Shown in pieces: positions 11,402 through 21,954 of a stretch of 64,000 bases of DNA. The stretch spans positions 739,912 to 803,911 of the forward strand of contig JADJVV010000001.1 in NCBI GenBank assembly GCA_016710435.1, read 5' to 3'. This DNA is from Hyphomicrobiales bacterium (GTDB taxonomy: Bacteria > Pseudomonadota > Alphaproteobacteria > Rhizobiales > Aestuariivirgaceae). Position 1 is the stretch's first letter. Each line of letters starts with the position of its first letter. Position numbers and translations under genes: made by a program. The notes beneath the pieces were generated by a model that worked only from the letters and a program-made list of their open reading frames with translations, ran no database searches and had not been told where the DNA came from.

Positions 11402-12616
11402 ATGCGGCGAGTCGTCGTCACAGGCATGGGGATCATCTCCTCGATCGGCAACAATGTGCAGGAGGTGACTGCTTCCCTGCGTGAGGCCAAGTCGGGCATT
11501 GTCTCGGCCGACAAGTACAGGGAACTGGGGTTCCGCTGCCAGGTGCATGGTGCCCCCCATTACGATCTCGATACCGTGGACCGCCGCGCCCGCCGCTTCA
11601 TGGGAGATGGCGGGGCCTGGAACTACGTGGCCATGCAACAGGCCATCGCCGATGCAGGCCTTGAAGAAAAAGACGTCAAGAACGAGCGCACCGGCATCAT
11701 CATGGGTTCGGGCGGCCCCTCGACCAAGACAATTGTTGCCGCCGCCGACACCACCCGCGAGAAAGGCCCAAAGCGCGTCGGCCCCTTCGCCGTGCCGCCA
11801 TCGATGTCCTCGGCCCACTCGGCCGTGCTGGCCACGCCGTTCGGCATTCGCGGCGTGAACTACACGATCTCCAGCGCCTGCGCCACGTCGGCCCACTGCA
11901 TCGGCAATGCCGCCGAAATGATCCAGTGGAACAAGCAGGATGTGATGTTCGCCGGTGGCGGCGAGGAACTGGACTGGACTCTTTCGGTACTCTTCGACGC
12001 CATGGGCGCCATGTCGTCCAAATACAACGACCGGCCGGCCTCCGCCTCCCGCGCCTATGACAAGAACCGTGACGGCTTCGTGATCGCCGGCGGGGCTGGC
12101 GTCGTCGTTCTCGAAGAACTTGAGCACGCCAAGGCGCGTGGCGCCAAAATCTACGGCGAACTCGTGGGCTATGGCGCCACGAGCGACGGCTACGACATGG
12201 TCGCCCCCTCGGGCGAAGGTGCTGTACGCTGCATGCGCATGGCCATGAAGGACGTGAAGGGTGAGATCGACTACATCAACCCGCACGGCACCTCGACGCC
12301 CGTGGGCGATGCCAAGGAAATCGAAGCGATCCGCGAGGTTTTTGGCGCGAAGATTCCGCCGATTTCCTCTACCAAGTCGCTGACCGGCCATTCGCTCGGA
12401 GCAACCGGCGTGCAGGAGGCGATCTATTCCCTCCTCATGATGAAGAATGGCTTCCTCTGCGAGAGCGCCAACATCGAGGAACTCGACCCCGCATTCGAAG
12501 GTGTGCCCATCCTGCGCAAGCGGGTGGACAACGCCAAGGTCGATACCGTGATGTCGAACTCCTTCGGCTTCGGCGGCACCAATGCCACCCTCGTCTTCCA
12601 ACGTTACAACGGATAA
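11402..12616 (+). CDS. fabB: Beta-ketoacyl-ACP synthase I
   Basis: [46 protein letters not shown]. Confidence 0.95.
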   Translation: MRRVVVTGMGIISSIGNNVQEVTASLREAKSGIVSADKYRELGFRCQVHGAPHYDLDTVDRRARRFMGDGGAWNYVAMQQAIADAGLEEKDVKNERTGIIMGSGGPSTKTIVAAADTTREKGPKRVGPFAVPPSMSSAHSAVLATPFGIRGVNYTISSACATSAHCIGNAAEMIQWNKQDVMFAGGGEELDWTLSVLFDAMGAMSSKYNDRPASASRAYDKNRDGFVIAGGAGVVVLEELEHAKARGAKIYGELVGYGATSDGYDMVAPSGEGAVRCMRMAMKDVKGEIDYINPHGTSTPVGDAKEIEAIREVFGAKIPPISSTKSLTGHSLGATGVQEAIYSLLMMKNGFLCESANIEELDPAFEGVPILRKRVDNAKVDTVMSNSFGFGGTNATLVFQRYNG

Positions 12617-12623
12617 GCAGAAC

Positions 12624-13424
12624 ATGACCGACGGACTGATGAAGGGCCGCCGCGGCCTCGTAATGGGTGTGGCCAACGATCATTCGATCGCTTGGGGCAT
12701 CGCCCAGAACCTGGCGAAGCATGGGGCGGAACTGGCCTTCACCTACCAGGGCGAGGCGTTCGGCAAGCGTCTGGCGCCGTTGGCGGAAAGCGTCGGTTCG
12801 AAGATCCTGATCAACTGCGACGTGGAAGACATTGCCTCCGTCGATGCCGCCTTCGCCGAACTGAAGAAGCAGTGGGGCAAGATCGACTTCCTCGTCCATT
12901 CCATCGGCTTCTCCGACAAGAACGAGTTGAAGGGCAAATACGCCGACACGACGCGCGCCAATTTCTCCCGCACAATGGTGATCTCGTGTTTCTCCTTCAC
13001 GGAAATCGCCAAGCGCGCCGCCGAGATGATGCCCGACGGCGGCTCGATCCTCACCCTCACCTATGGCGGCTCACAGCGCGTGATGCCGAACTACAATGTG
13101 ATGGGCGTGGCCAAGGCGGCGCTGGAAGCCAGCGTCCGCTATCTCGCCGCCGATTTTGGCCCGCAGGGAATTCGCGTGAATGCGATTTCCGCAGGCCCCA
13201 TGCGCACCCTCGCAGGCGCCGGCGTGGGCGATGCCCGCGCCATGTTCAACTACCAGCATGCGCACGCGCCGCTCCGCCGCACGATCACGCTGGATGAAGT
13301 GGGCGGCTCGGCCGTCTACCTGCTCTCGCCGCTGTCCGGCGGTGTCACTGGCGAAATCCATTACGTGGATTCCGGTTACAACATCATCTCGATGCCGCGG
13401 CCTGAAGACCTCGCCAAGGTCTGA
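12624..13424 (+). CDS. fabI: Enoyl-ACP reductase
   Basis: GVANDHSIAWGIA, PNYNVMGVAKAALE, NAISAGPMRTLA. Confidence 0.95.
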   Translation: MTDGLMKGRRGLVMGVANDHSIAWGIAQNLAKHGAELAFTYQGEAFGKRLAPLAESVGSKILINCDVEDIASVDAAFAELKKQWGKIDFLVHSIGFSDKNELKGKYADTTRANFSRTMVISCFSFTEIAKRAAEMMPDGGSILTLTYGGSQRVMPNYNVMGVAKAALEASVRYLAADFGPQGIRVNAISAGPMRTLAGAGVGDARAMFNYQHAHAPLRRTITLDEVGGSAVYLLSPLSGGVTGEIHYVDSGYNIISMPRPEDLAKV

Positions 13425-14432
13425 TCACCAACCCTCAAGCGCCAGCTTGCCGATCATGCGGCCTTCTTCCAGCGCCGCGTGCGCCGCGATGAGGTTGGCC
13501 GCGTTGATCTTGCCCATGCGTTTCGTGAGCGTCGTGCGGAGCTTGCCGTCGTCCACGAGGCGCGCCACCGCATCAAGAAGCCGCGCCTGCTCGCTGATGT
13601 CGGCGGTCTTCTCCACGGGCCGCGTGAACATGAATTCCCAGTGGAAGGAAATGCTCTTCGTCTTGAAGGGCGACATGTCGAGCCCGTCGGCAATCAATCC
13701 AAGCCGTCCCTGCGGGGCAATGAGAGCGGCAATGTCCGGTCCATAGGGCTGGGCATTGCTGGTGCAAAAGACCAGGCCAGGCGCTCCGACACCGAGTGCC
13801 GCAATTTGCGGCGTCAACGGCTGGCTGTGGTCGATCACGTGATGCGCACCCATGTTGCGGCACCACGCCTGCGTTTCCGCCCGTGACGCCGTGGCGATGA
13901 TGGTGAGGCCGGTCAATTGCCGCGCCAGCTGGATGGCAATGGAACCCACGCCACCGGCCCCGCCGATGATCAGGATCGCAGCTGCGGCACCAGGCACAGG
14001 CCGCGCCACGTCCAGCCGGTCGAACAGCATCTCCCAGGCCGTGATGGCGGTCAGCGGCAGAGCAGCGGCCTCTGCCCAATCGAGCGACGCCGGCTTGTGG
14101 CCCACGATGCGGGCATCGACAGCCTGCCGCTCCGCGTTGCTGCCCGGGCGGTCAATGGCGCCCGCATACCAGACCTCATCGCCCACCTTGAACAGCCCCG
14201 CCGCATCCGGACCGACGGCGCGCACAACGCCCGCTGCATCGTATCCCAGCACCTTTGGCCCCGCCGCAGGAGCAGAGCGCTTGCGCACCTTGGTATCGAC
14301 CGGGTTCACAGAGACGGCCTTCACATCGACAACAATGTCGTGGCCCGTGGCCACCGGTTCAGGCACGGTCACATCCTCCAGCGCCTTGGGGTCCGTGACG
14401 GGGAGAGACGTGACGTAGCCGGCAGCGCGCAT
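13425..14432 (-). CDS. Zinc-binding alcohol dehydrogenase family / quinone oxidoreductase-like (MDR)
   Basis: AVSVNPVDTKVR, LGYDAAG, PLTAITAWEMLFDRL, GGAGGVGS, SFHWEFMFTR. Confidence 0.88.
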   Translation of the reverse strand: MRAAGYVTSLPVTDPKALEDVTVPEPVATGHDIVVDVKAVSVNPVDTKVRKRSAPAAGPKVLGYDAAGVVRAVGPDAAGLFKVGDEVWYAGAIDRPGSNAERQAVDARIVGHKPASLDWAEAAALPLTAITAWEMLFDRLDVARPVPGAAAAILIIGGAGGVGSIAIQLARQLTGLTIIATASRAETQAWCRNMGAHHVIDHSQPLTPQIAALGVGAPGLVFCTSNAQPYGPDIAALIAPQGRLGLIADGLDMSPFKTKSISFHWEFMFTRPVEKTADISEQARLLDAVARLVDDGKLRTTLTKRMGKINAANLIAAHAALEEGRMIGKLALEGW

Positions 14433-14571
14433 GAAGAAACTCCAGAAATTGCAGGGGCAGGAAGAAGAATGTGGAAGCCCGAATATCAGGCTGCGACCCT
14501 AACACAATCGTTGCGCCCCGTGACAACAGCCGCGATAATTCACCTGAAACCAGCTTCAGTGAAAGTGCACC

Positions 14572-15807
14572 ATGACCAGCCACGACCAGCTTCTCGACAG
14601 GTATGCCGAACTCATCATCCGCTCCGGCCTCAACGTGCGGGCGGGACAGCAGGTGCTGATGACGGCGCCTTTGGAGGCCGTGGACCTGGTGCGCCGCGTC
14701 ACCTTCCATGCCTACAAGGCGGGCGCTTCTCTTGTGACCACGCTCTACAGCGACGAACAGACCTCGCTCATGCGCTTCCGCCACGGGGCGGAAACTGCCT
14801 TTGATGCCGCTCCCGGCTGGCTGTTCAACGGCATGGCGGAGGCCTTCCGCGATGGTTCCACGGCACGCCTCGCCATCATCGGCGAGGACCCGTCCCTCTT
14901 GTCGAAGGAGGACCCGGAACACGTCTCGCGTGCCAACCGCGCCCGCTCCAGGGCCTACAAGCCGGTGATCGAGCAGATCACGGGCTTTGCCACAAACTGG
15001 TGCGTCGTCTCGGCGGCGACGCCTTCGCATGCGAAGTCGGTCTTCCCCCAGCTGCCGCCGGAACAGGCGCTCGCCGCCCTCTGGGCCGCCATTTTCAAAT
15101 GCACCCGCGCCGACCAGCCTGATCCCGTCGCCGCATGGAAAGACCACAACGCGGCGCTGCATGCCCGCGTGCAAATGCTGAACGCAAAGCGCTACGCCGC
15201 GCTGAAATACAAAGGCCCGGGAACGGACTTCACCCTCGGCCTCGTCGACAATCACGTCTGGGCGGGTGGTGCATCGACGGCGCGCAACGGCATTCTCTGC
15301 AATCCCAACATCCCGTCGGAAGAAGTCTTCACCATGCCGCACCGCGAGCGCGCCGACGGCATCGTGCGGTCGACAAAGCCGCTCTCCTATCAGGGCTCGC
15401 TGATCGACGGCATCTCGGTACGCTTCGAGAAGGGACGGATCGTCGAAGGCACGGCGGAAAAGGGCGGCGACGTCTTCCGCAAGATGATCGAAACGGATGA
15501 AGGGGCCGCCCGCCTCGGCGAAGTGGCGCTGGTGCCGCACTCCTCGCCCATCTCGGCGTCCGGCATCGTCTTCAACGAAACCCTCTACGATGAAAACGCC
15601 GCCTCCCATATCGCCGTGGGCCAGGCCTACGCCCAGAACATGGAAGGCACGGCGGAGATGTCGGCAGAACAGAAACTCGCCGCCGGCATGAACACCTCAC
15701 TCATCCACGTGGACTGGATGATCGGCTCGGGCGAACTGAACGTCGATGGCGTGACGAAGGACGGGAAGGCGGAAGCATTGATGCGCAACGGCGAATGGGT
15801 GGCGTGA
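14572..15807 (+). CDS. Aminopeptidase, peptidase M29 (AmpS/PepS)
   Basis: NPNIPSEEVFT, LGEVALV, LYDENAASHIAVG, SLIHVDWMIG. Confidence 0.92.
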   Translation: MTSHDQLLDRYAELIIRSGLNVRAGQQVLMTAPLEAVDLVRRVTFHAYKAGASLVTTLYSDEQTSLMRFRHGAETAFDAAPGWLFNGMAEAFRDGSTARLAIIGEDPSLLSKEDPEHVSRANRARSRAYKPVIEQITGFATNWCVVSAATPSHAKSVFPQLPPEQALAALWAAIFKCTRADQPDPVAAWKDHNAALHARVQMLNAKRYAALKYKGPGTDFTLGLVDNHVWAGGASTARNGILCNPNIPSEEVFTMPHRERADGIVRSTKPLSYQGSLIDGISVRFEKGRIVEGTAEKGGDVFRKMIETDEGAARLGEVALVPHSSPISASGIVFNETLYDENAASHIAVGQAYAQNMEGTAEMSAEQKLAAGMNTSLIHVDWMIGSGELNVDGVTKDGKAEALMRNGEWVA

Positions 15808-15854
15808 AGAGGCAGGTGAAATAGATCGCCGGGTAGACAATTACAAATGGTCCT

Positions 15855-15891
15855 CACCCTGAGGAGCCCACGCAGCGGGCCTCAAGGGGTG
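15855..15891. repeat. REP-like imperfect palindrome between convergent genes
   Basis: CACCCTGAGGAGCCC-ACGCAGC-GGGCCTCAAGGGGTG folds into a bulged stem; resembles rhizobial intergenic CCTGAGGAG..CTCGAAGG repeats (recalled, not searched). Confidence 0.5.
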
Positions 15892-15904
15892 TGCAACCCA
15901 CGCC

Positions 15905-16357
15905 TCAGTCCACCGCCTTCACCTGCAACGTCGCATCTTTCACGCCGGTCACGATCACGGGTGTGCCCTGCGCCATGTCGGGGCCTGTCACGTCCCACAC
16001 GCTGTCATCGATCTTCACCTTGCCGGAGCCGTTGCTGATTGCCTTGAGCAGCGTGGTGCGGCGGCCGATGTAGCCGGTCTGGCGCTGGTTCAGGTCGGGC
16101 TGGTCGCTTTTGGGCCGGTGCTGACCCCGCACATATCGCCAGGACGCCATCACAAGGATGATGGAAAGAACTGCAAAAACAGCAAGTTCACCCTGCCAGC
16201 TCATATTGTAGGCCGCATTGACGAAGCCCGTAAGCCCCGCCGCGATGGCAAGCCACAGGAGGAAGATACCCGGCATCAGCAACTCGCCAATGAGCAGCGC
16301 AAGGCCGACGACGAACCAGAACCAGTTGTCGCCGAGGAGAGGGAAGAGATCACCCAT
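15905..16357 (-). CDS. NfeD family membrane protein (short form)
   Basis: Hydrophobic N-terminus; C-terminal OB-like region GKVKIDDSVWDVTG; paired with SPFH gene. Confidence 0.88.
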   Translation of the reverse strand: MGDLFPLLGDNWFWFVVGLALLIGELLMPGIFLLWLAIAAGLTGFVNAAYNMSWQGELAVFAVLSIILVMASWRYVRGQHRPKSDQPDLNQRQTGYIGRRTTLLKAISNGSGKVKIDDSVWDVTGPDMAQGTPVIVTGVKDATLQVKAVD

Positions 16358-16382
16358 GGACGTATCCTTTCAACCCAGCGCC

Positions 16383-17342
16383 TCAGGGCATGCTGCGCGG
16401 GCGGCGCGGAGCTTCGGGCGCGGGCGGCGCGCCGAAGGCTTCCTTGGCGATTTCCGCGATGCCGCCGATGCTGCCGAGAATCGACGTCGCATCCACGGGC
16501 ATCATCAGCACCTTCTGGTTCGGTGACTTCGCAAGAGACTCCAGCGCCTTCACGTAATTGTTGGCGACGAAATAGTTGATGGCCTGCACATTGCCCTTGG
16601 CAATGGCCTCGCTCACCACCTGTGTCGCCTTGGCCTCGGCCTCGGCTGCGCGTTCGCGGGCTTCGGCGTCACGGAAGGCGGCTTCCTTGCGGCCTTCGGC
16701 TTCCAGCACGAAGGATTGCTTCTCGCCTTCGGCCTTGAGGATGGCGGCGCTGCGCATGCCCTCGGCTTCGAGAATGGAAGCGCGCTTGTCGCGCTCGGCC
16801 TTCATCTGCCGTGCCATGGAGTCCACGAGGTCGCGCGGCGGGTTGATGTCCTTGATCTCGATGCGTGTCATCTTCACGCCCCACGGCTGCGTGGCCTGGT
16901 CGACGACGCCGAGCAACGAATGATTGATCTGGTCGCGCTGTGACAGAAGGCTGTCCAGCTCCATGGAGCCCATCACGGTGCGGATGTTGGTCATTGTCAT
17001 GTTGATGATGGCGTTCTCGACGTCATGCACTTCATAGGCCGCGCGCGCCGCGTTCAGCACCTGGAAGAAGGCCACGCCGTCCACTGTCACCATGGCATTG
17101 TCGCGGGTGATCACTTCCTGCGACGGCACCGGCATCACACGTTCCATCATGTTGATCTTGTGGCCCACGCGATCGATGAACGGCACGATCAGCCCGAGGC
17201 CCGGCTCCAGCGTGTGCACATATTTGCCGAAGCGCTCGACCGTGTAGTTGTACCCTTGCGGCACCATGCGGATGGCCCGCAGCAGGTAGAACACCACCAC
17301 CGCAAGCAGGATGATGACGAAAATGCCAAGGCCTTCAGGCAT
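16383..17342 (-). CDS. SPFH/band-7 (QmcA/stomatin-like) protein
   Basis: [39 protein letters not shown]. Confidence 0.92.
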   Translation of the reverse strand: MPEGLGIFVIILLAVVVFYLLRAIRMVPQGYNYTVERFGKYVHTLEPGLGLIVPFIDRVGHKINMMERVMPVPSQEVITRDNAMVTVDGVAFFQVLNAARAAYEVHDVENAIINMTMTNIRTVMGSMELDSLLSQRDQINHSLLGVVDQATQPWGVKMTRIEIKDINPPRDLVDSMARQMKAERDKRASILEAEGMRSAAILKAEGEKQSFVLEAEGRKEAAFRDAEARERAAEAEAKATQVVSEAIAKGNVQAINYFVANNYVKALESLAKSPNQKVLMMPVDATSILGSIGGIAEIAKEAFGAPPAPEAPRRPRSMP

Positions 17343-17402
17343 GCGAACCTCCGGTTGAATGTCCCGACAATATGGGACGCCCCGGTGAATCGCACAAGAT
17401 TG

Positions 17403-18440
17403 TCAGACCCAGCCGGTGAGTTCTTCCCCGGCAATGGTTTGCAGCATCTGAATGGAACGCGGGGAATCGTTAAGACAAGGCACCACCGAGAACTGCTCGC
17501 CGCCCTTTTCCAGGAAGGTTTCCTTGAGCCCGATCGCCAGTTCCTCCAGCGTCTCCACGCAATCCGAGGCGAAGCCCGGCGAGATGAGAAGCAGCTTCTT
17601 CACCCCCTGCGAAGGAAGCTCTTCCACCGTGTCCTGGGCGTAGGGCTTGAGCCATTCCGCCTTGCCGAAGCGCGACTGGAAGACGACCTGCAGATCATTC
17701 TTCGACATGCCCAGCCGCTCCCGCAGCAGCCGCGCCGTCTTCTGGCACTGGCAATGATAGGGATCGCCCTTGTCGAGATATTCCCTGGGCAGGCCGTGGA
17801 AGGCGACGAGGATGCGGTCCGGCGTCCAGCCCAACTGGTCCATGTGGGCTTTCAGGCTGTCGGCAATGGCGGCGACATAGGCGGGGTGCGCGAAATAGGG
17901 CGGCACCACGCGGATCATCGGCTGCCAGCGCATGGTCAGGAGCTTCTCGTAGACCTTGTCCAGTGCCGTGGCCGTGGTCGCTGCGGAATATTGCGGATAG
18001 AGCGGAAACAGCACGATGCGGTCGCAGCCCTGGTCCTTCAGGGCCTGCACCCGCTCCGCCACGGGCGGCAGTCCGTAGCGCATGGCCCAATCCACGACCA
18101 GAGTGCCGGCACGGCCCAGCGCCGCCGCCAGTTTTTCGGCCTGGGCGCGCGTGAAGGTCTTGAGCGGCGACTCGTTCCGCTCCCGATTCCAAATCTGCTC
18201 ATAGGCATGGCCGGATCGTTTCGGCCGCGTTGTGAGAATGATGCCGTTGAGGATCAGCCACCACAGCACCCGGTTCACCTCGATCACGCGCCTGTCCCAG
18301 AGGAACTCCCTCAGGTAGCGGCGCATCGACCAATAATCGGTCGCCTCCGGCGTGCCGAGGTTCAACAGCAGCAGCCCGGTCTTGCGCGAGGGGATGGGCG
18401 GATGGCCCGGCGGCAGGTGGGGATTGGAAATGTCTGGCAT
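17403..18440 (-). CDS. hemH: Ferrochelatase
   Basis: LLLNLGTPE, FPLYPQYS, VAFHGLP, FQSRFGKAEWLKP, GFASDCVETLEE. Confidence 0.95.
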   Translation of the reverse strand: MPDISNPHLPPGHPPIPSRKTGLLLLNLGTPEATDYWSMRRYLREFLWDRRVIEVNRVLWWLILNGIILTTRPKRSGHAYEQIWNRERNESPLKTFTRAQAEKLAAALGRAGTLVVDWAMRYGLPPVAERVQALKDQGCDRIVLFPLYPQYSAATTATALDKVYEKLLTMRWQPMIRVVPPYFAHPAYVAAIADSLKAHMDQLGWTPDRILVAFHGLPREYLDKGDPYHCQCQKTARLLRERLGMSKNDLQVVFQSRFGKAEWLKPYAQDTVEELPSQGVKKLLLISPGFASDCVETLEELAIGLKETFLEKGGEQFSVVPCLNDSPRSIQMLQTIAGEELTGWV

Positions 18441-18656
18441 GATCAACTTCAACGGACCGGATTGAGCGCCGGATTGCGCCTCCCTTAGCGCGGACGACGC
18501 GCTCTGCGAAGCCATTGTGCAACACGGCGCGCGCCCCATCGGCACGCATGCCACGCCGTCGGCGCGCACGAATGGCAGCGCCCTCCGCCGCAAGTCGCGC
18601 TAAGCTGCCGCCTGATTCGTTGCCACGGGGGGCCGTGTGATGGACGGGCTGGGATC

Positions 18657-19661
18657 ATGAGGGACACAATACCGGACGGGCTGGAACATGCCGGAGCACT
18701 GACGCGCCATTGGCGCCAGTTGTTCGCGGCGGCGCTGCTGCTGCTCACAGGCCTCGTCTTCACGGCGGCCGGACGCTTCAACCGCGTCGACGTGCCGGAC
18801 CTTCTTTGGCTCGCGCTCATCATCTTTGCCGCCCTCGCGGTGGCGGCCCAACCCGCCCCTCTCGCCCGCACGCGAACGCCAGCGGCCGAACCGGTGCGGG
18901 AGACCGCCGGGGAGACGCCCGCATCGCAGGTCATCTTCGCCGCCGCCAGTCATGAACTGCGCACGCCGCTCAACGCCATCGTGGGATTTTCCGAGTTGTT
19001 GCGCGATGCGGAGACATCCGGCACGGGCGGGCGCCAGCGCGAGGAATTTGCCGGCGCCATCGTCAGCAATGCCCGCCAGTTGCAGCAGCGCCTGAATGAC
19101 GTTCTGGATGCCAACCGCCTGTCCAGCAAGTCCCTGAACCTCGCCGAGCAGGCCTGTGATCTGGCGGAGATCATCGAGGTGGTGTGCCGCGACCGCTATG
19201 ATGCAGCCGCAGCGCGCGGCGTCACCATCGTGGCGCGGATCGCCGATGGCATCGCCTGTCACGGAGACGCCAACCGCCTGCGCCAGGCCATCGCCTGCGT
19301 GATTGACAACGCCATCGCCTTCTCGCCGGGAGATGGCATCATCAACGTCAACATGCTGCGCGGCGAAGGCGGCGGCCTTGTCGTCACGGTGACGGATGCG
19401 GGGCCTGGCATTTCCCCCGAAGACAGCGCCCGCGCCTTCGAACCTTTCCGCCAACTGGATGAAGGTGCTGCGCGCCACCATGCCGGATTGGGTCTCGGCC
19501 TTTACATCGCCCGGGGCATCCTGCGCCTTCACGGAGGCGACGTGACGCTGGAGAGCAGTCCTGCCGCCGGCACCGAGGTGCGGCTGTTTATTCCCGCCGC
19601 GCGGGTGAACTGGATGACACTTCCCGCAGCCCCCCTTGCACAAGCAAGCCACGTTGCCTGA
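18657..19661 (+). CDS. Membrane-anchored sensor histidine kinase (HisKA + HATPase_c), orphan
   Basis: H-box ASHELRTPLNAIVGFSELL; DNAI, TDAGPGI, AFEPF, GLGLGL; two N-terminal hydrophobic segments. Confidence 0.85.
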   Translation: MRDTIPDGLEHAGALTRHWRQLFAAALLLLTGLVFTAAGRFNRVDVPDLLWLALIIFAALAVAAQPAPLARTRTPAAEPVRETAGETPASQVIFAAASHELRTPLNAIVGFSELLRDAETSGTGGRQREEFAGAIVSNARQLQQRLNDVLDANRLSSKSLNLAEQACDLAEIIEVVCRDRYDAAAARGVTIVARIADGIACHGDANRLRQAIACVIDNAIAFSPGDGIINVNMLRGEGGGLVVTVTDAGPGISPEDSARAFEPFRQLDEGAARHHAGLGLGLYIARGILRLHGGDVTLESSPAAGTEVRLFIPAARVNWMTLPAAPLAQASHVA

Positions 19662-19689
19662 CTGCTGATTCTCCGGCACACTTCGTGCC

Positions 19690-20679
19690 ATGGCAAAGAC
19701 ACCGAAACCGTCACCGCGCCGCAAGAATGCGGCCAAGCCCTCCCGCACACCGGCTGCGAAGGCAATCCGCCGCCGCGCCTCCGCCATGATGGGTGCAGTC
19801 TACGCCGCATCAGCCAAAGGCACCCAGGCCGCGATCTTTGGCGCGCCCCATGGCACCCCCTACAAGACCATCGACAACCGTCCCCATGCCGGTGCCGCCG
19901 ACGCGGTGCGAACCGCCCTGGCAAGTGATGCGCTGTGGCTCGACCATTGGGACTTCGATTTCGGCAGCAGGCTTCTGCCCGATCAAGGCTTCAAGGCCGT
20001 CGACCTCGGCGATCTGGCAACAGCAGCAAAGGACGGCAAGGGCAACCGCCGCAAGATCGAGGCACAGACGAAGGCCATCCTCGATGCGGGCGCCGTGCCC
20101 ATCATGGTGGGCGGCGACGACAGCGTGCCCATCCCCTTTCTCGCGGGCTTCGCAGGCGGACCACCCATCACCATCGTGCAGATCGATGCCCATATCGACT
20201 GGCGTCAGGAACGCGAGGGCGAGCCCCTCGGCTTTTCCTCCACCATGCGCCGCGCTTCCGAGATGCCCCATGTCTGGCGGATCGTGCAGGCGGGCGCGCG
20301 CGGCATCGGCAGTGCCCGGCAGGGTGAAGTGGACACCGCCATCGCCTGGGGTGCGCGCATCGTGCCCGGAAACACGCTGCATCGCGACGGCGTTGAAAGC
20401 GTGCTGCAACATGTCGAGCCGGATTCGACCTGTGTCATCTCCCTCGACCTTGATGTGCTGGATTCCTCGGTGATGCCGGCGGTGGCCTATCCGTCGCCTG
20501 GCGGTCTCTCATTCCTGCAGGTGACAAACCTGATCGCCGGCATTGCCGCCAAGGCGCGGATCGGCGGTTTTGCCATGGTGGAATTCGTACCCGCCAAGGA
20601 CCGCAACAGTGTTGCCGCCCTGGTGGCGGGGCGGATTGCCATGCATGTGCTCCACCACATCGCCAAGCAGGCGCGGTGA
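19690..20679 (+). CDS. Ureohydrolase (arginase/agmatinase family)
   Basis: GGDDS, QIDAHIDW, SLDLDVLD, YPSPGGL, VEF. Confidence 0.85.
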   Translation: MAKTPKPSPRRKNAAKPSRTPAAKAIRRRASAMMGAVYAASAKGTQAAIFGAPHGTPYKTIDNRPHAGAADAVRTALASDALWLDHWDFDFGSRLLPDQGFKAVDLGDLATAAKDGKGNRRKIEAQTKAILDAGAVPIMVGGDDSVPIPFLAGFAGGPPITIVQIDAHIDWRQEREGEPLGFSSTMRRASEMPHVWRIVQAGARGIGSARQGEVDTAIAWGARIVPGNTLHRDGVESVLQHVEPDSTCVISLDLDVLDSSVMPAVAYPSPGGLSFLQVTNLIAGIAAKARIGGFAMVEFVPAKDRNSVAALVAGRIAMHVLHHIAKQAR

Positions 20680-21941
20680 CGGAGGCCTCGCCCTCGCCAA
20701 CGCGTGTGTTCCTGCGGATCGGCCTCCTCTCTTTCGGCGGGCCTGCCGGCCAGATTGCGCTGCTTCACCGGGAACTGGTGGAGGAGCGGCAGTGGTTGCG
20801 CGAACGGGATTTCCTCGCCGCCCTCAATTTCTGCATGCTGCTGCCGGGTCCGGAAGCGATGCAGCTTGCGACCTATGCCGGATGGAAGCAGGGCGGCGTG
20901 CGCGGCGGACTGATCGCCGGGCTTCTCTTCGTCCTGCCGGGCGCGGCCGTGATCTTCGCGCTGGCAGCGGTCTACATCCTGTTCGGCACCGTGCCTTTCG
21001 TCGCCGCCATTCTGTGGGGCATGAAGGCGGCCGTGCTGGCGATAGTGCTGGAGGCCCTGCTGAAGGTATCGCGCCGCGCCCTCACGTCGGCGGCCGACTG
21101 GATCACGGCGGCGCTGGCCTTCGTCGCCCTCTTTGCCTTCGCGCTCCCCTTTCCGCTTGTCGTGCTGCTGGCGGGAATGGCGGGTTTCCTGCAACGCGGG
21201 GATGGAGCGCCTGATGTCATTGCCGTCCCGCGTCCCTCCCGCACGGCCACGCTGCGCACCCTCGCGACAGGGCTGTTCGTGTGGCTTGCGCCGCTGGCGG
21301 CCCTGCATCTCCTGCCCGGCAGCGATCACATCTATGCAAAACTGGGCCGCATGTTTTCCGTGCTCGCCATCGTCACCTTCGGCGGAGCCTATGCCGCCCT
21401 CACCTCGCTCGGTCAGACCATGGTGGAGCAGACGGGATGGCTCACCACCCGCGAGATGGTGGACGCCTTGGCGCTGGCGGAAACAACGCCGGGACCGCTC
21501 ATCCTAGTGGGCCAGTTCGTGGCCTTCCTCGCCGCCGCGAAACAGGAGGGCAGCCTGTGGTCTGGCCTCGCGGGCGGAGTGGTTTTCCTGTGGATGACTT
21601 TCGCGCCCTGCTTCCTGTGGATTTTTGCGGGCGCCCCCTGGATCAATTACCTGCAATCGCGCCCGCGCCTCGCCGCCGCCCTCTCCCGCATCACGGCGGC
21701 GGTTGTCGGCGTCATCCTGAACCTCAGCCTCTGGTTCGGCCTGCATGTGCTCTTTGCGAAAGTGGAACGCCTGCCGGGACCCGTGCCCCTGTGGTGGCCG
21801 GAGCTTGCGGGCTTCGACCCGGCTTCGGCCGTGCTGGCGCTGCTGGCCGGTGTTGCCCTGCTCTGGGCGAAGCTGGGCATTCCCAAAACGCTGGCCTTGG
21901 CGGCAATGGCCGGGCTAATATGGCAGCTTGTCGTCAACTGA
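20676..21941 (+). CDS. chrA: Chromate ion transporter (CHR) family, long-chain two-domain form
   Basis: GLLSFGGPAGQ, MLLPGPEA, TFGGAYA, AETTPGP: two homologous CHR halves. Confidence 0.9.
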   Translation: MTEASPSPTRVFLRIGLLSFGGPAGQIALLHRELVEERQWLRERDFLAALNFCMLLPGPEAMQLATYAGWKQGGVRGGLIAGLLFVLPGAAVIFALAAVYILFGTVPFVAAILWGMKAAVLAIVLEALLKVSRRALTSAADWITAALAFVALFAFALPFPLVVLLAGMAGFLQRGDGAPDVIAVPRPSRTATLRTLATGLFVWLAPLAALHLLPGSDHIYAKLGRMFSVLAIVTFGGAYAALTSLGQTMVEQTGWLTTREMVDALALAETTPGPLILVGQFVAFLAAAKQEGSLWSGLAGGVVFLWMTFAPCFLWIFAGAPWINYLQSRPRLAAALSRITAAVVGVILNLSLWFGLHVLFAKVERLPGPVPLWWPELAGFDPASAVLALLAGVALLWAKLGIPKTLALAAMAGLIWQLVVN

Positions 21942-21954
21942 CCTGGAGATCAAG

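Noticed and set aside
9607-11514. 635-aa antisense ORF (similar cases: 29980-31809, 17025-18488, 54041-55468, 60785-62203)
   Set aside because: Shadow frames opposite well-supported genes, expected in high-GC DNA; no recognisable motifs
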